Positions 30,151-40,626 of a stretch of DNA of 64,000 nt are shown piece after piece. Origin of the DNA: Balanoglossus misakiensis. Lineage: Eukaryota > Animalia > Hemichordata. Positions within the stretch are counted from its first letter, which is position 1. Every line of letters begins with the position of its first letter. The stretch spans positions 134,659 through 198,658 of the forward strand of contig JBECUI020000033.1 in the NCBI GenBank assembly GCA_040954595.2, in the 5' to 3' direction. Under the pieces are notes generated by a model. The model ran no database searches, was not told the origin of the DNA, and saw nothing but the letters and a program-made list of their open reading frames with translations. Position numbers and translations under genes: made by a program.

Positions 30151-31524
30151 CTGAACATCTCTTCCTACGATCCCGATCATCTTATTTATGCTCTAGCCAC
30201 ACCTTGGGGTGAGGGGGCCCTGGCGATAACCAGGGTTTCTGGCCCCGGCTCTCTTGCAGCCCTGGCTCGGGGATTCTCTTACCCAGAAAAAATTACTCAG
30301 GCTCGTGGTTTTACCCTTGTGTACGGTTGGCTGCTGAATCCCGATGATGGTTCAAGAATTGATGAGGTTCTTATTGCGGTGTTTCGAGCCCCCAAGAGCT
30401 ATACAGGGCAGGAAGCTGCAGAAATCAGCAGCCACGGAGGCCTCAGCACAACGCGGGCCGTGGCGGCGGCATTAAAACGAATGGGTTTTCGGGATGCCGC
30501 TCCAGGAGAATTCACTTTTCGTGCCTATCTGAATGGTAGAATGGACCTTACTCGGGCCGAGGCCGTTCAGGAAATTGTTAGCTCCCATACGGATCGTGCC
30601 CGATCGCAGGCCATATCCCGGCTTGGAGGGAGTCTTTGGAGAGCTGTGGATAACATCAAGGCCAAGATAGCCCATTTGGCAACGGTGACGGCCCTGGCCT
30701 TGGATTATCCCGAAGAAGAAACCGAACCAGTAGCCCTGGATAGGAATCTGTGGGAAGAAATCTTGCGCTCTCTGCGGGAGCTATTGGCTACCTGGCGCAC
30801 AAGTCAAGTTTATAAGGATGGTCTCAGGATAGCCCTTATAGGTCCCCCCAATGCCGGGAAATCTTCCCTTTTTAACCTATTTCTTCGGGAAGAACGTTCC
30901 ATTGTCACTCCAATTCCGGGGACAACTCGGGACTACCTGGAGGCTTTGATTGACCTTGCAGGAATTCCCTTAAGGCTTTTTGACACAGCCGGGCTACGGG
31001 AAATTCCTGTAGACACGGTGGAGGCCGAAGGTATTCGCCGGACAAAGACCTTACTGGATACTGTTAACATTATTCTTTTTGTGGCAGACGGCAAAAAAGG
31101 TTTGGGAGAGGAAGAATACCGTTTTTTGTCTGCTCACAGTAGCAAGGAGAGGCCCTTAATCAAACTCTGGAACAAAGCTGATGCGGCTCCTGAGGCACCT
31201 TCAGGATTCCTTTCTATAAGCGCAAAGACTGGAGAGGGGTTTATTGCCCTGGAAAAAGAGCTTGAGTGCTGTGCCTTGGGAAGCAATCAGAAACTTGAGG
31301 GTGAAGTTCCAATGATAGGGTCCCTCCGACAGAAAGAACTTCTGAATCTGGCCCTGACAGCAATGGAGAGGTTCTCAGCAGGGTTGGAAGTACCTAACTT
31401 TCCTCTGGATATGCTGGCAGAAGATCTTCGGGAGGCCCTGAATGCACTTGGAGAAATTACCGGAGAAGTTACCTCCAGAGATATCCTTGAAAAACTTTTT
31501 TCCAGTTTCTGTGTGGGCAAATGA
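30151..31524 (+). CDS. mnmE: tRNA modification GTPase MnmE
   Basis: IYALATPWGEGAL, SYTGQE, GEFTFRAYLNGRMDL, GPPNAGKSS, GTTRD, DTAG, NKAD and FCVGK end; frame open from CTG 30151. Confidence 0.95.
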   Translation: MNISSYDPDHLIYALATPWGEGALAITRVSGPGSLAALARGFSYPEKITQARGFTLVYGWLLNPDDGSRIDEVLIAVFRAPKSYTGQEAAEISSHGGLSTTRAVAAALKRMGFRDAAPGEFTFRAYLNGRMDLTRAEAVQEIVSSHTDRARSQAISRLGGSLWRAVDNIKAKIAHLATVTALALDYPEEETEPVALDRNLWEEILRSLRELLATWRTSQVYKDGLRIALIGPPNAGKSSLFNLFLREERSIVTPIPGTTRDYLEALIDLAGIPLRLFDTAGLREIPVDTVEAEGIRRTKTLLDTVNIILFVADGKKGLGEEEYRFLSAHSSKERPLIKLWNKADAAPEAPSGFLSISAKTGEGFIALEKELECCALGSNQKLEGEVPMIGSLRQKELLNLALTAMERFSAGLEVPNFPLDMLAEDLREALNALGEITGEVTSRDILEKLFSSFCVGK

Positions 31525-31729
31525 GGTAAAAGGTTTGAATGTTTCACCTTATAGCATAACCCCCACCTTTTAATTCAGATATACCCTGAACTCCATGATT
31601 GTTGCGTTAGAGCAGCGGCGAAGGGCATTGGTAGAATAGGCACTTGGAACTTTTATAGGTTTTTGAAGCATTATGGAGAGTATAATTCGATGGGTATAGG
31701 AATAAATGTTTTTATGATAAGTAATTAAA

Positions 31730-31751
31730 ATGAACAGAAGAATCTACTTTT
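31730..31751 (+). repeat. Dispersed motif variant ATGAACAGAAGAATCTACTTTT
   Basis: One mismatch to the 22-bp motif. Confidence 0.7.
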
Positions 31752-31925
31752 CATTTTCCCCCCACTAAATTAGAAATAGATAAGCTAATCCAATAACGTG
31801 CAACACCTACCACCTTATCGAGTTAACGTGATTAGAAGGACAAATCCTTATACCAAACACTGATTTTGGGAAGACGATTGAGGTTCTGCACACAGTTTAT
31901 ACAAGAGGGCGATCCAAAGTTATCA

Positions 31926-33148
31926 GGTAGTGTTTAAAAAATTGCGCAGATTCTAAAAAGGCATTGAAAAAAAATGTCCTCCAATGTTGAAATGGAATCG
32001 AATGCAAAACCATTCACACGGAGGACAAAATGAGGTCAGAGACCCCACGGGAAAGATCATACAGATAGATGAAGGTCTCCTACAGAGCAGCCAAATGGTT
32101 AAAGAAACCGTATGAGGAAACTTTGAATGCCATGCTCAATGCGGAGGCAGATCCTTTACTTCAGGCTGAAAAATACGAACCTACGGATGCACGAAAAGAT
32201 ACTCGTGCCGGACATTACACCAGGAAGTTGGATATCACTGCTTTCAAGAGTAGGGACAGGTCGCGACCTGTCCCTACTTCGGCTTCCATTTGAAACAGCA
32301 ATTATTGAGCGTTATAAACGCCGGGAAACATCCGTTGGCCTTAGTTGAAATGTATTTAGCTGGTGTTTCAGTGCGCCTAGTTAAAGATATTACCGAGGCG
32401 CCCTTTGGGGAAGCAAGGTAAAGCCCTGGGACAATGAGCAATTTGAACCAGGATCTCTTAGTAGAGAATCAATAAGCGCTCATGGGCTGGAGAAGTTGAG
32501 AAATGTGAGCATTTCTGGTAGCGATAGGCGTCTCAGAAAGCGGATATCGTAGTGTTTGCTGTTGAAGGTGAAAAGGAAGATAAAGCTGGATGGAGCAACT
32601 TTCTTGCACACTTGACAACCTAAGGGCTTAAGGATACTAAAGCTCTTCATAAGCGACAAATGCATCGGGTTGGCCTGAATCCATCGAAGAGTTTTTCCCT
32701 AAAGCACGATGGCAACGATGCGTTGTTCACTATTACCGGAATGTATTCTCAGTAGTTCCCCGTGAGAAGGTCCGTGAAGTTGCAGCAATGCTGAAGGCAA
32801 TTCATGCGCAAGAAGATCGTGATGCTGCTCTTGAGAAGGCTCAACTGATTGAAGCGAAACTCCGCAATATGAAACTTCCCCAGGCTTCTGACATGGTGAG
32901 AAACTATATCCACGTTCGCAGAACCCTGGTTCGAAGAACCCTGGTTCGCAGAACCAACTTGCAGAACATTCCCTCGATGGGAATTCGGCCCTTATGCTAT
33001 CAGCTGCCAGGCTCAGGCAGATCATGGGAACAAAATGGAGTACAGAAAAGTATTTGAATATGGACTTACTTAAAGCGATAAGGCAAGATGTACGTTAGGC
33101 TCTTTCAACATTGGAGATTTGAAAGAGCGCAACATTCTTGACACTACC
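31926..33148 (+). mobile_element. IS256-family element, degenerate (copy 1)
   Basis: Imperfect TIRs ggtagtgtttaaaaaattgcgc / gcgcaacattcttgacactacc; broken transposase peptides ETLNAML.AEAD, GHYTRKL, FETAIIERYKRRE, MLKAIHAQEDR, DGNSALML. Confidence 0.9.
32249..32278. repeat. Perfect 30-bp palindrome AGTAGGGACAGGTCGCGACCTGTCCCTACT (GTAG-type REP-like) inside the IS256 relic
   Basis: Self-complementary; carries the GTAG...CTAC ends typical of REP elements. Confidence 0.85.
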
Positions 33149-33488
33149 TGGCATTGTCCCTATTCCTAAGGAATTTAAGGCTGGTTCAATTTTATCTGTC
33201 TATCACCCAACCAAAGAAAAGTTTCTGTGCTGCGTTTTCCAAAGGCCTTCAAACAAATTTTACTAAGTATTAAATTTTTTAAAGACTATGTATCGGAAGC
33301 AGTTCCAAACTTCCTATCTTCAGTAGTATTGGTAATTTACCCTCCCTTTCATATAGGGTTTCATTTAGAGAAAATAGCCTTTAATCCGCTAGATATAGCT
33401 ATTAATCCATCATAGTTTTAACAATTCTCGTCTTGACGTTCCTCTCCTTTGCTGGCAGTATTATCCTCTCGGAATAGGGGGGAAAAGG

Positions 33489-36452
33489 ATGGATATAAAG
33501 CATGTCATAAAAAGGAACGGACAATGGGAGCCCTTCGACCAAACCCGTTTGGACCGAGCTTTGAAGCGGGCTTTTGAGGCGGCGGGGAAACGTCCTGACA
33601 AGTCTGTTTTATCTGGTATGGCCGATGATATAACCTTAGAGGCTTCCAGGATTTTAGCCGGGAGGACCCCTCAAGTAGAGTTTCTCCAGGATTTGGTAGA
33701 ACGGAAGCTGATGAAGGACGGTCATTACTCGGTAGTCAAGGGTTATATCCTTTATCGAGAGGAACGGCGTCGGGCTCGGGAAGAACGGCACCGAATGATT
33801 CTCCAGCGGGCTAATGTTGGCGACCTTATGGTAACCAAGAGGAAAGGTTCACGGGAGGCCTTGGATTTGGAGAAGATCCAAGGCAATCTGGAACGGGTTT
33901 CAGGGGACATTGATGTCCCCATTGATATTGATGGACTGTTAGAGCAGATTCTCAGGGAGGTTTACAGCGGTATAGATTCAAGAAAGCTTGAGAAGGCAAT
34001 GATTATGGCTGCTGTTGGTTACATTGAGAGGGACCCTGCTTACGATAAGATTGCTGTACGGTTGTTTTTGCAACACCTTTATAAAGAGGTTTTAGGCGAT
34101 TCTTTTAATGCTATGGAGTTGGACCGGGCCTATAGGGAAGCCTTCCTTCGAGGTATACAAAGGGGATTAGAGCAGGGGATCTATGATCCCCGGCTTGGGG
34201 AGTTTGACCTTGAGAAGCTGTCTAAGGCTCTGGCCCCCGATAGGGATGAGCTGTTCCGCTATTTGGGCCTTCAAACTCTCTATGAACGTTACTTTATCCG
34301 GATTGGCGATTCGGTCACGGAAACACCTCAGGCTTTCTGGATGCGTACCGCTATGGGGCTGGCCTTGGAAGAAGAAGATAGGGAGGTCAGGGCCATTGAA
34401 TTTTACCAGCTCTATTCCACTTTAAGGTTCATCTCCTCCACTCCAACGCTCTTTCATGGGGGGCTTAAACATCCCCAGCTCTCTAGCTGCTATGTGAGCA
34501 AATTAGAGGATGATCTTAATCATATTTTCAAGGTATTTTCCGATAACGCTCAGCTTTCCAAGTGGTCCGGGGGTATAGGGAATGATTGGACGGCTGTAAG
34601 GGGGACTGGAGCGCTTATTCAATCTACTCGGGTGGAAAGCCAGGGGGTTATTCCTTTTTTGAAGATTGCTAACGATACCACTGTTGCCATTAACCGTTCG
34701 GGAAAGAGGCGGGGGGCTACGGCGGCTTATCTGGAGACCTGGCATTTTGACATTGAGGATTTTCTTGACCTTCGCCGGAACACCGGGGACGAGAGACGCC
34801 GGACTCACGACATGAATACGGCTTGCTGGATTCCCGACCTTTTTATGAAACGAGTTTCTGAAAATGCCACGTGGACACTCTTCAGCCCCGATGAGGTGCC
34901 CGAACTTCACGAGATTTATGGGCGTGCCTTTGAAGAGCGTTATGTTCATTACGAAAAAGAGGCTGCAGAGGGGCGCATCCGGCTTTTCAGAGAGATTGAG
35001 GCTGTCAAGCTCTGGAGAAAGATGCTTACCCGTCTTTTTGAGACGGGGCATCCCTGGCTCACCTTTAAGGATTCCTGCAATATTCGCAGTCCTCAGGATC
35101 ATGTTGGGGTTGTTCATAATTCCAATCTATGCACGGAAATCGTTCTGAATAACAGCAGAGAAGAGACCGCCGTTTGTAATCTGGGGTCCATCAACCTAAG
35201 CCAGCACATGGGGCCAGAAGGTCTAAACGAGGCAAAGCTTGCCGAAACCATAAGCACAGCTCTACGGATGTTGGACAACGTGATTGATCTTAATTTCTAT
35301 CCTACCGAGGAGGCTCGGAGAAGCAATTTGCGGCATAGGCCGGTGGCTCTTGGGGTCATGGGACTTCAGGATGCTCTTTTTATTCAGCGTCTGCCTTTTG
35401 CCTCTGCTGAGGCGGGGGAATTGATTGATAGGATCATGGAAACCATTAGTTACCACGCTATTCTGGCTTCCAGCCGTCTTGCCGAAGAACGAGGCATCTA
35501 TGAGACCTATCCGGGCAGCAAGTGGGACAGGGGCATATTTCCTCTGGATACCCTGGATCTTCTGGAGATGGAGAGGGGAATACCCTTGGAAGTGGACCGG
35601 GAGAGTCGTTTGGATTGGGCCCCAGTAAGGGAGCATGTCCGCCGGCATGGTATGCGGAACTGCACTACCATGGCCATTGCTCCCACCGCTACTATCAGCA
35701 ACATTGCTGGTTGCTTTCCCTGCATTGAACCTCTCTATAAGAACCTTTATGTCAAAGCCAACCTGAGTGGAGAGTTCACCATTGTTAATAGCTATCTAAT
35801 ACGAGATCTTAAAGAGAGGGGCCTCTGGAGTCCCTCCATGCTGGACCAGATTAAATACCATGATGGAGATATTTCTGGAATCCCCGGGATTCCTGAAGAG
35901 ATTAAAGAACTCTATGTTGAAGCCTTTGACATTGACCCTCTCTGGCTTCTGGAACTCACTGCCCGGCGGGGAAAGTGGATTGACCAAAGCCAAAGCCATA
36001 ATGTCTTTATGAAGGGGGTTAGCGGCCAGATGCTCGAAGTTATCTACACCACCGCCTGGCGTAAAGGGCTTAAGTCCACCTACTATCTGCGAAGCCTGGC
36101 TGCTAGCCAGATTGAAAAATCAACCCTGGATGCCAAAGTTTTTGGATACACTCAGAAGCGGGTTGAAGCTTCTCTTCCTCCATCCATGGTTGAGAAAACT
36201 CCTATACCGGAGAAGCCCGAAGAACCCACTACTCCCCCAGGTTCCCATTCTGTGGCCTCGTCCCTTATGCAACCTGTTGTTGACAAGGCCCCTCTGACTC
36301 TGGAAGCCATGCCTGATGACCTGGCCAGTCTTATATCTGATGATGCCTCGGGTGGGGATGATTACTTGGAACTCAGTAATAAAACTGTTTCTGCAACTCA
36401 AGAAAAAAGTATCTGCAGTCTTTTGGATGCTGAATGCGAAGCCTGTCAATAA
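33489..36452 (+). CDS. nrdA: Ribonucleotide reductase class I alpha subunit with two ATP-cone-like domains
   Basis: VIKRNG and VTKRKG cone starts, STPTLFH, QLSSCY, NSNLCTEI, VCNLGS, IAPTATIS, KSTYYLR and C-terminal CEACQ. Confidence 0.96.
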   Translation: MDIKHVIKRNGQWEPFDQTRLDRALKRAFEAAGKRPDKSVLSGMADDITLEASRILAGRTPQVEFLQDLVERKLMKDGHYSVVKGYILYREERRRAREERHRMILQRANVGDLMVTKRKGSREALDLEKIQGNLERVSGDIDVPIDIDGLLEQILREVYSGIDSRKLEKAMIMAAVGYIERDPAYDKIAVRLFLQHLYKEVLGDSFNAMELDRAYREAFLRGIQRGLEQGIYDPRLGEFDLEKLSKALAPDRDELFRYLGLQTLYERYFIRIGDSVTETPQAFWMRTAMGLALEEEDREVRAIEFYQLYSTLRFISSTPTLFHGGLKHPQLSSCYVSKLEDDLNHIFKVFSDNAQLSKWSGGIGNDWTAVRGTGALIQSTRVESQGVIPFLKIANDTTVAINRSGKRRGATAAYLETWHFDIEDFLDLRRNTGDERRRTHDMNTACWIPDLFMKRVSENATWTLFSPDEVPELHEIYGRAFEERYVHYEKEAAEGRIRLFREIEAVKLWRKMLTRLFETGHPWLTFKDSCNIRSPQDHVGVVHNSNLCTEIVLNNSREETAVCNLGSINLSQHMGPEGLNEAKLAETISTALRMLDNVIDLNFYPTEEARRSNLRHRPVALGVMGLQDALFIQRLPFASAEAGELIDRIMETISYHAILASSRLAEERGIYETYPGSKWDRGIFPLDTLDLLEMERGIPLEVDRESRLDWAPVREHVRRHGMRNCTTMAIAPTATISNIAGCFPCIEPLYKNLYVKANLSGEFTIVNSYLIRDLKERGLWSPSMLDQIKYHDGDISGIPGIPEEIKELYVEAFDIDPLWLLELTARRGKWIDQSQSHNVFMKGVSGQMLEVIYTTAWRKGLKSTYYLRSLAASQIEKSTLDAKVFGYTQKRVEASLPPSMVEKTPIPEKPEEPTTPPGSHSVASSLMQPVVDKAPLTLEAMPDDLASLISDDASGGDDYLELSNKTVSATQEKSICSLLDAECEACQ

Positions 36453-36493
36453 TTAGCTGGAATCTTAGTATGGTTTAGCTGGTTTTAGGAGAA

Positions 36494-37492
36494 ATGACGA
36501 TGCCAATTATTAACGATACCAAAACGGATCCGAATAAAATTCTACCCATGACTTACCTCTGGGCTAGAGAGCACTATAAGGAAGGTGTGGCCAATAACTG
36601 GACGGCAGAGGAAATTCCCATGCAAGACGATATTGAGCAGTGGAAGCGTACGGATTTCCTTTCTAAGGAGGAGCGGAGGCTCATCCTTTGGAATCTAGGA
36701 TTTTTTTCCACAGCCGAGAGTCTAACTGCCAACAACATAGTTTTGGCCCTGTACAACCACATTACTGCACCGGAGTGTCGGCAGTATCTTCTGCGTCAGG
36801 CCTATGAAGAGGCCATCCATACCGATACGTTTATTTACTGTTGCGACTCTCTGGGACTTGAACCTGATGTAATCTACGGGATGTACGAAACCATTCCTTC
36901 CATTAAGGAGAAGGATGCCTTTGTGGTGGAGCTTACCAAGAACGTTTTTGATCCTTCCTTCCGTCCCGTGGGAAGAGAAAACATCCAGCGTTTCATCTAT
37001 GATCTTATTGGCTACTATGTGATCATGGAGGGCATTTTTTTCTATGCTGGGTTTGCCATGATGCTGGCTTTGAAACGTCAGAAGAAGATGGTGGGTATAG
37101 GCGAGCAGTTCGAATACATCATGCGGGATGAAAGTTTACATCTTGCCTTTGGTATGGATCTTATCAATACCATTAAGGCCGAGAACCCCGGTGTATGGAC
37201 TGCCGCATTCCAGGCCGAGATTGTTGGTTTGATCGAGAAGTCGGTAGAGCTTGAGAAAAACTTTGCTCGTGACGCCTGTCCCTCGGGAATTCTGGGAATC
37301 AATGCCGCGCAGTTCATTCAGTACGTGGAATATATTACCGATCGTCGTTTAGAGCGTTTGGGACTTATACCTTCTTATGGAGTACCCAATCCTTTTCCCT
37401 GGATGAGTCAAGCCACCGACCTGGCCAAGGAAAAGAACTTCTTTGAAACCCGGGTAACGGAATATAAAACTGGTGGCAATTTAAACTGGTAG
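36494..37492 (+). CDS. nrdB: Ribonucleotide reductase beta subunit, class Ic (R2c, Mn/Fe-type) signature
   Basis: GFFSTAESL, EEAIHTDTF (Phe at the radical-Tyr position), MEGIFFY, RDESLH, NFFETRVTEY. Confidence 0.93.
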   Translation: MTMPIINDTKTDPNKILPMTYLWAREHYKEGVANNWTAEEIPMQDDIEQWKRTDFLSKEERRLILWNLGFFSTAESLTANNIVLALYNHITAPECRQYLLRQAYEEAIHTDTFIYCCDSLGLEPDVIYGMYETIPSIKEKDAFVVELTKNVFDPSFRPVGRENIQRFIYDLIGYYVIMEGIFFYAGFAMMLALKRQKKMVGIGEQFEYIMRDESLHLAFGMDLINTIKAENPGVWTAAFQAEIVGLIEKSVELEKNFARDACPSGILGINAAQFIQYVEYITDRRLERLGLIPSYGVPNPFPWMSQATDLAKEKNFFETRVTEYKTGGNLNW

Positions 37493-37778
37493 GCATTCAT
37501 AAGAGGAATTTCTGTTCCTGTTGATTCAGGGGTGGGGGTGGTTCTCTATATCCTTGTGGAGTGCCGAATCGGTATTGTCTTACTGTGCCAGGGCTCGAAG
37601 GAGCTGCCTTTCGGGTAGTTTAAGTTAGGATTGAATCGGATCAGGAACCCAGTGACTATAGTAAACTGTCATAGCTACTGGAAGGCCTGGATAATTTATG
37701 ATAATTTATCCTATCTTCCAATTCAGTCTATCAGTCAATATAACAGGATTGATGAAAAACTAAAGGAGTTTTTTTTTG

Positions 37779-38825
37779 ATGAAACAGTTTTATTTATGGA
37801 TACTATTCCTGTCTTGTCTTGTCGGCTTGAATGCAGGTGGGCAAGGTGAAACATCAGCGGAAGTTGCACAGGGAGCAAATGAACTGCTCTTTTATGGTAC
37901 GCCTTCTGAAGAGGCCTGCTTGATGATTGCCAAGCGTTTTGGAGAGGTCTCGGGAATTAAAACTTCGTTTGTACGTCTTAGCAGTGGTGAGGCCTTGGCG
38001 CGTATTCAAGCAGAGCAGGGAAATATGTCTGCTTCAGTTTGGTGGGGCGGCCCTGTGGATGGCTTCATAGCGGCTAAGCAGGAGGGAGTTCTTCTGCCGT
38101 ATCAATCACCTAATGTCAAGGAGCTTTCCGGTGAGAAATTTTATGATCCAGAAGCTTATTGGGCAGGAATTTATTCTGGCTACATCGGTTTTGTGGGTAA
38201 TAAAACCCTTCTTGAAGAAAAAGGTGCTTCCATGCCCCAGTCTTGGGATGACTTATTGAAGCCAGAGTATAAAAACGACATTGTCATGGCCCATCCTGGC
38301 TCTTCAGGAACTGCTTATACAGTCCTTGCCACAACCATTCAAAGACTTGGAGAAACTTTGGGCATGGAATATATGAACAAACTTAACAGTCAGATACGTC
38401 AGTACACCAAATCGGGTTCGGCTCCGGCAAGAATGACTGGAATGGGAGAAACCATGCTCTCCATAACCTTCCTGCATGACGCCATTCGCTTTAACCTTGA
38501 GGGATATAAGGACATTATCATTTACGCTCCTTCCGAAGGGACTGGTTATGAAATTGGCGGGGTAGCACTTCTTAAGGGTGGTCCGAACCTAGAAGAAGGG
38601 AAGAAGTTTATTGATTTTGCTCTTTCCGTTCAGGGACAGAACCTTCTGAAAGAAGCAGGCGGCTATCAATTCCTTACCAATGTCAATGCCACACAGCCAG
38701 AACAGGCCGAGCCTATTAAAGAAACTAAGCTGATTGATTACGACTTTGTTTGGGCCGGTGTGAATAAAAAAAGATTGGTGGAAAAGTTTAGTCAGTTAAC
38801 CAGTACAACCACACCGACTGACTAG
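37779..38825 (+). CDS. ABC transporter substrate-binding protein (AfuA/FbpA family)
   Basis: Signal peptide with AGGQGE; RLSSGE, PQSWDDLL.P, PGSSGTAY, FLHD, EGTGYEIG. Confidence 0.88.
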   Translation: MKQFYLWILFLSCLVGLNAGGQGETSAEVAQGANELLFYGTPSEEACLMIAKRFGEVSGIKTSFVRLSSGEALARIQAEQGNMSASVWWGGPVDGFIAAKQEGVLLPYQSPNVKELSGEKFYDPEAYWAGIYSGYIGFVGNKTLLEEKGASMPQSWDDLLKPEYKNDIVMAHPGSSGTAYTVLATTIQRLGETLGMEYMNKLNSQIRQYTKSGSAPARMTGMGETMLSITFLHDAIRFNLEGYKDIIIYAPSEGTGYEIGGVALLKGGPNLEEGKKFIDFALSVQGQNLLKEAGGYQFLTNVNATQPEQAEPIKETKLIDYDFVWAGVNKKRLVEKFSQLTSTTTPTD

Positions 38826-38933
38826 ACATCCTTCGGGAATCTCGTTTTGAAATTAACCTGTATGTGAGAAAGACTTCCCGGTGTGCCGTGTGGGGACCGG
38901 GGAGTGGACCCGTTTGGGAACTGGAAGAGGGTA

Positions 38934-40622
38934 ATGGATAAAAGGCTTCGCCTCATTCGCAGGGATGTTAATCACAAACGTCTTCTCAGGCAATTTAACG
39001 ATCCGTTTCTTAGTTTTGCCATTTTGCTGACCCTTGCCGTGGTCATGTTATTCATTGTCATTCCTTTGGGAAATATCCTTAAAACAAGTCTTTATTACGA
39101 CAAGTCCTTTTCTTTGTTGAACTATTTGAACATCTTTACTTCCGTTAATGGTACAATCATTCTTAACACACTTCTTCTCGGTATCTGCTCCGGGGGCCTT
39201 TCTACCATTGTGGGGTTTCTCTTTGCCTACGCATTGAGTCATTTGAGCATTCCTTTACGGAAATTCTTTAAAATTCTTGCCATACTCCCCATTATTTCTC
39301 CGCCCTTTGTTCTAGCCCTCTCAGTCATTCTGGTTTTTGGAAGATCGGGCATTGTGACACGCCACATCCTTGGCATGACCGATACCAACATTTATGGTTT
39401 TCATGGCCTGCTGCTTGTTCAGGTAATGTCATATTTCCCCATAGCCTATTTGCTGATGAGCGGTCTCTTCCAGGGGATTGATCCTTCTCTGGAAGAGGCA
39501 GCTCGGGATATAGGGGCTTCTCGGGGAAGGGTCTTCCGTACCGTTACTCTACCTCTGATGATCCCCGGACTCGTCAATTCCTTTCTGCTTATCTTTACCC
39601 AATCCATTGCCGATTTTGGCAATCCTTTAGTCATTGGGGGAGATTTTACCACCGTAGCCGTACAGATCTACCTGCAGGGCATTGGGAACTACGACATGGG
39701 CTCGGCTACGGCCTTGGCTGTGCTTCTCTTATCTATTTCCATTTCTGTTTTTGCCTTACAGAAGTACTATATCGGCAAGAAATCCTACATTACCATTACG
39801 GGAAAAACTGCCAGGCCAAGGCTGCTGATCCAGGAAAAAAGAATCGTCCGTCCTGTTTTTTTTGTCATGCTGTTTATTACGATTTTTGTTCTTTTTCATT
39901 ACCTTCTTATCCCGTTTGGTTCTTTTATTCAGTTATGGGGCTATGACTTTACTCCCACATTGAAGCACTATGCCTATGTGGGAAGTTTGGGCCTGGAAGT
40001 TTTTACCGATACCACCTCACTGGCCTTAATCTCTGCCCCGATGACAGGCATGCTGGCTATGGTCATTGGCTTTCTTCTGGTGCGCAGAAATTTCATTGGC
40101 AAAAACTTCCTGGAGTTTTCTTCTCTAATGGGTATGGCCATACCGGGAACCATTATTGGTCTAGGCTATGTCTTGGCCTACAACACAGCCCCTCTGGTTC
40201 TAACGAATACGGCTTTAATTCTTATCATAGCCTTTATGATGCGTAGCATACCCATGGGGATACGCTCTGCTGCTGCAGCTCTTCAGCAGATTGATCCGGC
40301 CATAGAAGAGGCTGCCTCGGTATCTGGTGCTTCTGTCTTCAAAACTTTTACCTCGGTAACCCTCCCCCTTATAGGGCCAGCATTTTTTGGGGGGTTGGTC
40401 TATGCTTTTGTGCGAAGCATGACCTTGGTCAGTACGGTAATTTTTCTTGTTTCGGCCAATTACAGCCTGCTTGCAGTTTCAGTTATGAACCAGATTGAGC
40501 AAGGACGCATTGGCGTTGCTTCGGCTTACTGCAGCATTCTTATTGCCATTGTCACCATAGTGGTCCTTGTTATGAAACTTGTGCTGGACCGAATGGGAAT
40601 CAAAAATATCATGGAGGTCTAG
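38934..40622 (+). CDS. ABC transporter permease (AfuB/FbpB family, two EAA motifs)
   Basis: IDPSLEEAARDIGA and IDPAIEEAASVSGA; about 12 TM segments. Confidence 0.92.
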   Translation: MDKRLRLIRRDVNHKRLLRQFNDPFLSFAILLTLAVVMLFIVIPLGNILKTSLYYDKSFSLLNYLNIFTSVNGTIILNTLLLGICSGGLSTIVGFLFAYALSHLSIPLRKFFKILAILPIISPPFVLALSVILVFGRSGIVTRHILGMTDTNIYGFHGLLLVQVMSYFPIAYLLMSGLFQGIDPSLEEAARDIGASRGRVFRTVTLPLMIPGLVNSFLLIFTQSIADFGNPLVIGGDFTTVAVQIYLQGIGNYDMGSATALAVLLLSISISVFALQKYYIGKKSYITITGKTARPRLLIQEKRIVRPVFFVMLFITIFVLFHYLLIPFGSFIQLWGYDFTPTLKHYAYVGSLGLEVFTDTTSLALISAPMTGMLAMVIGFLLVRRNFIGKNFLEFSSLMGMAIPGTIIGLGYVLAYNTAPLVLTNTALILIIAFMMRSIPMGIRSAAAALQQIDPAIEEAASVSGASVFKTFTSVTLPLIGPAFFGGLVYAFVRSMTLVSTVIFLVSANYSLLAVSVMNQIEQGRIGVASAYCSILIAIVTIVVLVMKLVLDRMGIKNIMEV

Positions 40623-40626
40623 TCTT

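Noticed and set aside
31915-33160. Target-site duplication around IS256 copy 1
   Set aside because: Flanks agttatca and tggcattg do not match
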